DNA of 64,000 nt from positions 2,752,001 to 2,816,000 of the forward strand of contig CAWIIB010000009.1 of NCBI GenBank assembly GCA_963836075.1, read 5' to 3'. The DNA comes from an uncultured Acidobacteriota bacterium (lineage in GTDB: Bacteria > Acidobacteriota > JAQAZP01). A program made the translations under genes and the position numbers. The notes beneath the pieces were generated by a model. The model searched no databases, was not told the origin of the DNA, and saw only the letters and a program-made list of their open reading frames with translations. Positions 20,525 to 28,109 of this stretch are shown one piece after another. Positions within the stretch are counted from its first letter, which is position 1; each line of letters begins with the position of its first letter.

Positions 20525-22317
20525 TTATCGTCGTTCAGCTCCCGGTCCAGGTTCTCCCTGCACTCATCCAGCCGTTCCACGAGATCCAGCACATCAGGGT
20601 GGGATGGTCCGAGAGCCTGCTCGAGAATCGTCAGCGCCCTCTCGAACAGCGGTTCCGCACTGGCCAAATCCCCTTGAGCGGATCGCAGTGCGGCAAGCTC
20701 TTTCAGCGAATATCCGTACCAGGGATGTTGGGGGCCGAGGGTTTTCTCCCGTATATCAAGTGCGCGCTGGTACAGAGGTTCGGCATCGGCAAACCTGCCC
20801 TGCTCCCGGTAGTGGTTCGCCTGGAAGATCAGACTCGTCGCCACCAACGGATGTTCGGGGCCCCGGGCTTTCTCTCTGATGGCCAGGGCGCGCAGATGCA
20901 GCGGTTCGGCATCGGTATACCTTCCCTGCTGGTCATAGAGCTTGGCCAGGTTGCACAGGCTGGTGGCCACATCAGGATGTTCGGGGCCCCGGGCTCTCTC
21001 TCTGATGGCCAGCGCGCGGAGATGCAGCGGCTCGGCATCGGCATACCTTTCCTGGTGGTAATAGACCATGGCCAGGTTGTTCAGGTTCGTCGCCACTCCT
21101 AAATGCTCAGGGCCTGATGCCTCCTCATTGATCGCCAGCGCTCGCTTATAGAGCCGTTCCGCCTCGGCATAGCGGCCCAGATCGTCATGGATCCTCGCCA
21201 GGTTGTTCAAGCTTGAAGCCACTTTGAGATGCTCGGGGCCCAGTGCCTCCTCATTGATCGCCAGAGCTCGTTCATACAGCGGCTGCGCCTCGGCATAGCG
21301 GCCCTGATTTTGATAGAGCACCGCCAGTCTGTTCCTGCTTGTGGCCACATCAGGATGTTCGGGGCCCCGGGCTTTCTCTCTGATGGCCAGCGCGCGTAGA
21401 TAGAACGGCTCGGCCTCGGCATACCGGGCTTGTTCGACGTATAGCGCTGCCAGGTTGTTCAGACTTTTGGCCACATCAAGGTGTTCGGGTCCCAGGGCTT
21501 TCTCTCTGATGGCCAGCGCGCGTGAGTAGAGCGGTTCGGCCTCGGCATAGCGGCCCAGTTTTCTGTAAAGAGCCGCCAGGCTGCTCAGGTTTGTCACCAC
21601 ATGAGGATGCCCGGGCTCCAGGGATGTTTCATAGATCTCCTGTGCTCGTATATACAGCGGTTCGGCCTCGGTGTGGCGATCCAGTTTTTTATAAACACTT
21701 GCCAGGTGGTTCAGGCTGTTGCCCAGTTCCAGATGCTCGGGTTCCAGGGCTTTTTCCCTGATGGCCAGAGCCCGCTCATAGAGCGGTTCGGCATCGGCAT
21801 ACCTGGTCATTTTGTAGTAGAGCGCCCCCAGGTTGACCAGAACCGTGGCCACGTGCGGATGCTCGGGTCCGTGAGCTTTCTCATAGATTTCCAGCGCACG
21901 TTTGTACAGTGGTTCGGCCCCGGCAAGGTCGTCCACGGCCACCAGGGCCAGGGCCAGCTCATTGAGGCTGGTGGCCACATAGGGGTGCTCAGGGCCGTGA
22001 GCTTTCCTGGTGATCTTCATCGACCGTTCAAGCAGCGGCACCGCCAGGGCATGCTCATCCTGGGCGCTGTGATGCTGAGCCAGTTGAATGAGACTGGCGG
22101 CCACGGCGAGATGCTCGGTTCCGAAACTCACATTGGCGATCCGGAGCGCCTTGCGGGTGGTCTCCTCCGCCTGCTCGTACTGGCCCTGTTCATGGAGAGC
22201 GGAAGCCTCTTTCATGAGGCGAGCCCACTTCTCATCCACCCTCTCCGTAATCCTGCACGACGCGGAACCGATGGCGAGGAGTGCGAACAGCCCAAGTGCC
22301 AGTGTATTTTTTCTCAT
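20464..22317 (-). CDS. Tetratricopeptide repeat lipoprotein (42-aa kinesin-light-chain-type repeats)
   Basis: About 13 repeats of GPEHPxVATSLNNLAxLYxxQGRYAEAEPLYxRALAIREKA; signal MRKNTLALGLFALLAIGSASC. Confidence 0.9.
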   Translation of the reverse strand: MRKNTLALGLFALLAIGSASCRITERVDEKWARLMKEASALHEQGQYEQAEETTRKALRIANVSFGTEHLAVAASLIQLAQHHSAQDEHALAVPLLERSMKITRKAHGPEHPYVATSLNELALALVAVDDLAGAEPLYKRALEIYEKAHGPEHPHVATVLVNLGALYYKMTRYADAEPLYERALAIREKALEPEHLELGNSLNHLASVYKKLDRHTEAEPLYIRAQEIYETSLEPGHPHVVTNLSSLAALYRKLGRYAEAEPLYSRALAIREKALGPEHLDVAKSLNNLAALYVEQARYAEAEPFYLRALAIREKARGPEHPDVATSRNRLAVLYQNQGRYAEAQPLYERALAINEEALGPEHLKVASSLNNLARIHDDLGRYAEAERLYKRALAINEEASGPEHLGVATNLNNLAMVYYHQERYADAEPLHLRALAIRERARGPEHPDVATSLCNLAKLYDQQGRYTDAEPLHLRALAIREKARGPEHPLVATSLIFQANHYREQGRFADAEPLYQRALDIREKTLGPQHPWYGYSLKELAALRSAQGDLASAEPLFERALTILEQALGPSHPDVLDLVERLDECRENLDRELNDDNQSADVLSAGSPSNSSIGTQ

Positions 22318-22348
22318 CAGCAGACGCACCAGGGCCTGGCCCGCCCGT

Positions 22349-22654
22349 CTAGGGGGATTCGGCCGGTTCCGCACCCGCTTCGCCCTGACCGGCGGCGGGC
22401 TCCTCCACCGTCTCCAGTGCCGGCGGACCAGCGGCTTCCACCTGCCCCTGGTTGCCGATCTTCAGTTTCCGCGGTTCGGTGACCCGGGACTGGGCCCAGA
22501 GAAAGAGGAGGATCAGCGCCGCCGCGGCGGCCATGACGATGAAGGGGAGATACTTGCGCAGGGCAATGCTGAAGGCGTGTTTCTTCACCGGGATGCCGGT
22601 TTTGCGCCGGCCCGTCTTCTTGCGCAGGTTTTTCTTTTTCTTGCGGATGGCCAT
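22349..22654 (-). CDS. Small single-TM protein with very basic N-terminus
   Basis: MAIRKKKKNLRKKTGRRK, one hydrophobic helix, acidic Pro/Ala tail; RBS AGGAG; fills the gap between co-oriented genes. Confidence 0.6.
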   Translation of the reverse strand: MAIRKKKKNLRKKTGRRKTGIPVKKHAFSIALRKYLPFIVMAAAAALILLFLWAQSRVTEPRKLKIGNQGQVEAAGPPALETVEEPAAGQGEAGAEPAESP

Positions 22655-22719
22655 GGTGGTTTGCGCTCCTGATCGCGGAGTGTATCAGATTTTCCGCAGC
22701 CGGGTGAAGCCCCTGTCCC

Positions 22720-24201
22720 TCACGCGCCCAGGCCGGTGGGCCGTTTGGGCCGCGGTGTGTCGCCGGGGGTGGGGTCGGCGCCGCGGAAGAGGTTCACCGC
22801 CAACGAGAGGAGACAGACTGCCAGCCCGGCCAGCAGCGACAGCCGCCAGGCGTGGGCAAAGGCGCCGGCCTGCAGAGCGGGGTCGAACTGCTCCAGCGGA
22901 ACCCCGCCGGTGAAGCGGTTGTAGGACAGCTCGAAGATCGCCCCGCCCACCGCCACGCCGAAGACCATGCCCAGGGTTCGCCCGGTGGCGTGGAGGCCGG
23001 AAGCCACGCCGGTGAAGCGTCCCGGCACGGTGCCCAGCAATACAGTGGTATTGGGCGGCATGAAGATCCCGTTGCCCAGCCCGAGGCAGAACATCAACAG
23101 GCCGAAAACGGGGAGCGACGGATCAACGCCCTGACGGGAGAGCCCGTAGAGCGTGGCCACGTTGATCAGCAGCCCGGTGGTGGTGAGCCAGCGCGAGCCA
23201 TAGCGGTCGTGCAGCCATCCCGAGATGGGGGCGGTGATCAGCGAGCCCAGCGGCCCGAGGATGAAAAAGAGGCCCACGGTGTGGATCGGCAGCCCGGCGA
23301 GGATCGAGAGGTAGAAGGGGCCGAGATAGATGAAGATGAAGGTGTAGATGAAGAGCAGGGTGCCGCCGAAGAGCGGGATGCTGAACGACCGCGTGTTGAA
23401 CAGGCTCAGCGGCAGCAGCGGGTGGGTGGTGCGGTATTCGTGAAGGATGAACCAGGCGATCAGGCCCGCGCCGGCCAGCAGCAGCACGCCGGTGGGCCAA
23501 AGGCTGAAGCCCCAGACCGGGATGCGGTTGAGCGAGAGGCTGATTCCGGTGAGGCCGGCGATCCAGAGCAGGTTGCCCCACAGGTCGCCCCGTTCGCGGG
23601 CGCCGCCGGCCGGCTCTGCCGGGTGGTCGGTGTCCAGTCGCCTGGTGAGCATCCAGCCGGCCAGCCCGATGGGGAGGTTGATCAGGAAGATCCAGCGCCA
23701 GGAGAGGACCTCGGTGAGGAAGCCGCCCAGCACCGGGCCCGAGGTGAGCCCGAGATTCACCACCACGCCCATGGCCCCGATGGCCCGGCCGCGCTTTTCC
23801 GGGGGAAAGATGTGGATCAGAAAGGCCGGGCCCACGGCCATGATCAGGCTGGCCCCGATGGCCTGGATCACCCGGGCGCCCACCAGCAGGCCGATGGTGG
23901 GCGCGAGGCCGCAGAGCAGCGAGGCGAGGGTGAAGATCACCAGTCCCTCGCGGTAGACCCGGGCCCGGCCCTTGTGGTCGCCGCGGCGGCCGAAGCCCAG
24001 CAGGGTCACCGAGATGGTGAGCAGGTAGGACAGCGGGATCCAGCCCACCAGGTTCAGCGGGGCGTGGAAGTCCTCGCGGATCACCGGCAGGGCCACGTTG
24101 ACGATGGACGAGTCGAGGGTGGACATGAAGACGCCCAGAGCCACGATGCTGAATCCGGCCCAGGGGGAGAGGGGCGTGGTCATGGCCTTGGTTGTTTTCA
24201 C
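22720..24201 (-). CDS. MFS drug:H+ antiporter, DHA2 (EmrB/QacA) family
   Basis: MSTLDSSIVNVALP, LVGARVIQAIG, WRWIFLINLPIG; start set at GTG 24201 with RBS GAGGG, the upstream part of the ORF lies over tauE. Confidence 0.9.
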   Translation of the reverse strand: MKTTKAMTTPLSPWAGFSIVALGVFMSTLDSSIVNVALPVIREDFHAPLNLVGWIPLSYLLTISVTLLGFGRRGDHKGRARVYREGLVIFTLASLLCGLAPTIGLLVGARVIQAIGASLIMAVGPAFLIHIFPPEKRGRAIGAMGVVVNLGLTSGPVLGGFLTEVLSWRWIFLINLPIGLAGWMLTRRLDTDHPAEPAGGARERGDLWGNLLWIAGLTGISLSLNRIPVWGFSLWPTGVLLLAGAGLIAWFILHEYRTTHPLLPLSLFNTRSFSIPLFGGTLLFIYTFIFIYLGPFYLSILAGLPIHTVGLFFILGPLGSLITAPISGWLHDRYGSRWLTTTGLLINVATLYGLSRQGVDPSLPVFGLLMFCLGLGNGIFMPPNTTVLLGTVPGRFTGVASGLHATGRTLGMVFGVAVGGAIFELSYNRFTGGVPLEQFDPALQAGAFAHAWRLSLLAGLAVCLLSLAVNLFRGADPTPGDTPRPKRPTGLGA

Positions 24202-24209
24202 GATCCCTC

Positions 24210-25114
24210 TCAAGAGAAGAAATTCCAGATGTAGCGGAACGACACGATAACGATGACCAGGGTCAGGATCAGCTTGATCGGCCGGGCCGGCAGGTGCTTC
24301 TGAGCCCTGGCACCGCAGTATATGCCCGCCGCTCCGCCCGCTGCCAGCAGCAATCCCAGTTTCCAGTCCGGGGCCACCGCCAGGTGTGCCAGCCCGGGCA
24401 GCCGGCCGGCCAGGGAGTAGAAGAGCACGCCGAAGATGGAGATGATGCAGGTGCTGGTGAGCGCCGGCCCGGCCACGGCGTGCACCGGCAGGCGGAAGAC
24501 GGTGATCAGCACCGGGGCCATGATCGCTCCGCCGCCGATGCCGTAGATGCCGGCCACCAGGCCGGTGACCAGGGAGAGGGCGGCGATGCCCGGTGTGCTG
24601 ACGCTGTATCTCGCCCCGCCGAACTCGAAGCTCAGCCGGGAGAGGGTCAGGGTCCGGCCGGTCACCCTGGTGTCCGGCGGCACCCCGGCGGGCGGCCGGT
24701 GACGGTACCGTTCCGTTCAGGCCGCAGCAGGTCGCGAACCATGCGGAAGCCGATGTAGAGCAGCACGCAGCCCACAAAGAATTTGAAATGCCGCGGGTCG
24801 GGCAGGTAGCGGACCCGCAGCACCACCCCGGCCAGCAGGCCGGGCAACGACCCGGCGATGATGAGCCACGCCAGGGGCCAGCACATCCGCCCCTCCCTGG
24901 CGAAGCGGTAGATCCCGGGGGGGATGGCCCCGATGTTGAACACCATGTTGGTGGCGGTCACCGCGGGGCTGGCAAAGCCGAGGACGCTCACCTGGTAGGG
25001 CAGCAGCAGAAAGGCGCCGGAGACACCCCCCATGGAGGTGAAGAAGGAGATGACGAACGCCACCAGCGGCGGCAGCAGCGGATTGACTTCGATCTGGGCC
25101 ACTTCAAAAAACAT
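24210..25114 (-). pseudogene. Sulfite exporter TauE/SafE family, frameshifted near 24685-24720 (possibly sequencing error)
   Basis: N-half SMGGVSGAFLLLP (ORF 24662-25150) and C-half GIYGIGGGAIMAP (ORF 24210-24683) are the two TauE repeats in different frames. Confidence 0.8.
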
Positions 25115-25266
25115 GCTGGAGATGCTAGCGGATGGCCGGGACGGGGTCAATCTTCCCGGTGGATGTTGTATATATTACTGTGGACTGCGGCGTCCGGTGA
25201 GAGCGCCGCGGAAATGACCGCTGCACAAGCGGCCGGCCCCGCCGCCGGCCGATGGGGAGGGATACC

Positions 25267-27144
25267 ATGTTCGTCTCTTCGGGTAAGGGCATGTCCGTCA
25301 CGGCCGCGCTCCTGGTCCTCTGTTGTCTGTTCTCCGTCGCCCCGTCGGCTGCCGGCGACCCCGGTGACACCGGCAAGGCCAGCGGCGCTGACTGTTGCCG
25401 GGCGGCTCGCCAGGGACAGCAGCGCACCGCGCGGATCAGCAGCAGCAACGCGTCCAACAATATCGACGTCACCTCCTACACACTCACCATGAACATCGAC
25501 TTCGCTGCCGAGCGGATCACCGCCCGCTGCGACGTGGGGATCCGTTCCACGGTCGACGGGCTCACCTCCTTCGCCCTCGACTTCGTCGGGCTCACCGCCA
25601 CTGAAGTCCTGGAGGACTTCCAGCATCAGGTGGGCTTCACCACCGGCGGCGGCGTGATCGAGATCAGCCCGGCCAGCCCGTTGGCGGCCGGCCTGGAGCG
25701 GCTCTACTCGATCTTCTACAACGGTTCTCCCCAGCGGGGGATGTACTTCCGCAGCACCAACGACGGCATCTGCTACACCTTCACCGAGCCGGAGGATTCC
25801 CGCTACTGGTTCCCCTGCCGCGACCTGCCAGCGGACAAGGCCAACTGGTACCGGGCCCACATCACGGTTCCCTCCGCTTACCTTGTGGCGAGCAACGGCA
25901 CCCTGGAGCGCATGAACGGAAACGGTGACGGCACCGCCACCCACCACTTCCACATGGCCCAACCGGTCTCCACCTATCTCATCTCCCTGGCCGTCTCAAA
26001 CTTTGACCGGATCAACCAGACCGCGTCCGGAGGGCTGCCGATCACCCACTATGTCTACCCCAGCCACTACAACCTGGCGCTCTTCGACTGGGCCAACCTC
26101 CCGGCAATGATCGATTTCTACTCCGACGTCTACATCGACTATCCCTTTGACTCCTACGGCATGGCCATGGCGCCCTTGGGCGGGGCCATGGAGCATCAGA
26201 CCATGACCACTTTCGGGCAGGCGTGGGTCAACGGCAACCGCCGATTCGAGCCGGTGGTGGCCCACGAACTGGCCCACCAGTGGTGGGGGGACATGGTCAC
26301 CTGCCGCAACTGGGCCGAGATCTGGCTCAACGAGGGCTTTGCCACCTATTTCGACGCGCTGTTCACCGAGCACTTCTACGGCCCGGAAGCATTCCAGGAG
26401 CAGATGGCCGCCAACCGCCAGTCGTATTTCAACGGTGAGGGGGGAGGGGAGGGCCGCTTCCCGATCTACGACCCCGAATACATGTGGGGCGTGACGGTCT
26501 ACGAGAAAGGAGCCTGGATCCTGCACATGCTGCGCCAGGTGCTGGGCAGTTCCACCTGGCAGGAGGGCGTGCGGCTTTACGCCGAACGCCACCTCTACGG
26601 CACCGCCACCACCCAGAACCTCATCGCCGCCTTCCAGGACGTTTCCGGCACCAACCTGGGCTGGTTCTTCGACCAGTGGGTCTACCAGGCCGGCTATCCG
26701 GAGTTCCGCTATACCCACGGCGGCTACCCCGCGGCGGAGGGCGGCTACACCATGACCCTCGCCCTGCGGCAGGTTCAGCAGAACGCCCCGCTGTTCCGCA
26801 TGCCGCTGGACGTGGGCGTGACCACGGCGGCAGAGACCTCGATCCACCAGGTGGAGGTGAGCGGCGAATACTCATCCTTCCAGATCGACCTGGACGGCCC
26901 GCCGGCCGAAGTGGTCATCGACCCGCAGGTCTGGGCTCTGGCCGGCTGGACCTACGTGGACCTGGCCGGCGACGTGGACGGTTCGGGCCGGGTGGACGGC
27001 ATGGACAACTCCCGCATGGCCTGGTCATTTGGTTCGGGGACGGGAGGCGAACGCTGGTTCGCACCAGCAGACCTCAATGGGGACGGTGTGATCGACGGCC
27101 AGGACCTGGCCCTGCTGGCCTCCAATTTTGGCAATTCCCTCTGA
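25267..27144 (+). CDS. Secreted M1 family aminopeptidase with C-terminal dockerin-like domain
   Basis: GAMEH exopeptidase motif, HELAHQWWG...NEGFA zinc motif, YEKGA; C-terminal paired DVDGSGRVDGMD and DLNGDGVIDGQD loops. Confidence 0.92.
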   Translation: MFVSSGKGMSVTAALLVLCCLFSVAPSAAGDPGDTGKASGADCCRAARQGQQRTARISSSNASNNIDVTSYTLTMNIDFAAERITARCDVGIRSTVDGLTSFALDFVGLTATEVLEDFQHQVGFTTGGGVIEISPASPLAAGLERLYSIFYNGSPQRGMYFRSTNDGICYTFTEPEDSRYWFPCRDLPADKANWYRAHITVPSAYLVASNGTLERMNGNGDGTATHHFHMAQPVSTYLISLAVSNFDRINQTASGGLPITHYVYPSHYNLALFDWANLPAMIDFYSDVYIDYPFDSYGMAMAPLGGAMEHQTMTTFGQAWVNGNRRFEPVVAHELAHQWWGDMVTCRNWAEIWLNEGFATYFDALFTEHFYGPEAFQEQMAANRQSYFNGEGGGEGRFPIYDPEYMWGVTVYEKGAWILHMLRQVLGSSTWQEGVRLYAERHLYGTATTQNLIAAFQDVSGTNLGWFFDQWVYQAGYPEFRYTHGGYPAAEGGYTMTLALRQVQQNAPLFRMPLDVGVTTAAETSIHQVEVSGEYSSFQIDLDGPPAEVVIDPQVWALAGWTYVDLAGDVDGSGRVDGMDNSRMAWSFGSGTGGERWFAPADLNGDGVIDGQDLALLASNFGNSL

Positions 27145-27157
27145 GATCAGCCGGACT

Positions 27158-27186
27158 TTGACACGGCCAGTCACGGAAAGTAGAGT
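27158..27186 (+). promoter_or_regulatory. Sigma70-type promoter
   Basis: TTGACA-17 nt-TAGAGT about 10 nt upstream of ATG 27197. Confidence 0.65.
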
Positions 27187-27196
27187 AGTGACGCCC

Positions 27197-27848
27197 ATGA
27201 AACAGAACCTCTATCCGCAGTATGATGCAGTGTATACCGGCCGCCTGCCACTCCAGCGCCGGGTGCATTCCTCCCTCCGGTTCCCGGGCCTTGCCCTCTT
27301 CCTGACCCTGCTGTTCTCCATGGCGGTTCCGGCCCAGGACGGGGTCACTGGCCCAACCCCGGTGACCACCGAGAAAGTCGATTCGGTGAAGGTCCGGCTA
27401 GGCGAATTCGAAATGGAGGTGGGGCTGGTCCTGGTGCGCGGCGACCGCGAGTTCGAGAATTTCGTCCCCCTGGTGGTCCAGGATCTTCAACCGCAGCCAC
27501 GACCTGGTGCGGATCCGCAAGGACGAGTTTCACCTCTTCGGCGAGAACGGCAAGGAACTGCCGATGGCCACGGTGAAGCAGGTGCGCTCGGAGTATAAAC
27601 TGTACCGCCAGGATGCCGACATCCTCACCCGCTCCGGCTTTCTTTCTTCGCTGCCCGGTGACTACCGGCCCACCAATTTCTTCCCCACCCCCGGGAGCGT
27701 GGGGGTCTATGCCGTGACCATCGACTTCCAGCAGACCTTCATCGACTTTCTCTACTTCGTCGGCAGCGGAAACCAGCGCCTGCGCCTTGTTGCCGAGGGG
27801 AACAAGTCGCGACCAACCCTCGAAGTGCAGTTCAAGATAAAGAATTGA
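27197..27848 (+). pseudogene. Exported hypothetical protein, split by a probable +1 frameshift near 27478
   Basis: Signal-like LALFLTLLFSMAVPAQ; removing one C from GTCCAGG joins FVPLVV to RIFNRSHDLVRIRKDEF of ORF 27507-27848. Confidence 0.55.
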
Positions 27849-27861
27849 AAAGTAGGGACAG

Positions 27862-28037
27862 TCAGGGACGTACTTGCGTTCTTACGTTCTGATGGCTGTA
27901 GGAGCGGCTCAGGTTCGGGGACGTACATGAATTTATGAATATTTAGATCTCTTCTCAAATTTAAGGATACATAAAACCGTGATCATTGGCGGAAGGCATG
28001 TCAAAATATTCATAAATTCATGTACGTCCCCGAACCT
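27862..28037. repeat. GGGACGTAC-core repeat cluster 2: one B-type copy plus a perfect 34-bp inverted pair of A-type copies
   Basis: 27862-27888 TCAGGGACGTACTTGCGTTCTTACGTT; 27911-27944 AGGTTCGGGGACGTACATGAATTTATGAATATTT exactly inverted at 28004-28037 around a 59-bp AT-rich spacer. Confidence 0.92.
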
Positions 28038-28058
28038 TGAATCGGAAAGAGATCCGAG

Positions 28059-28100
28059 GAGATCGCCACGTCGCAGGCTTCGCCTGCTCCTCGCGATGAC
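28059..28100 (-). repeat. Short palindromic element of the GTCATYGCGAG...GGCRATCTC type
   Basis: Minus strand GTCATCGCGAGGAGCAGGCGAAGCCTGCGACGTGGCGATCTC with internal hairpin; resembles dispersed bacterial palindromic repeats. Confidence 0.5.
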
Positions 28101-28109
28101 AGGTGGGGG

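Noticed and set aside
24202-24777. N-terminal extension of the MFS ORF; likewise extensions of ORFs 38438-40732, 50915-52300, 30518-31843 and 44816-46321
   Set aside because: They overlap neighbouring real genes in another frame; downstream starts with RBS or stop-start coupling fit better
6768-28037. GGGACGTAC repeats as a CRISPR array or integron attC sites
   Set aside because: Only three units per locus, inverted rather than direct, no cas or integrase gene, and no convincing RYYYAAC...GTTRRRY boundaries
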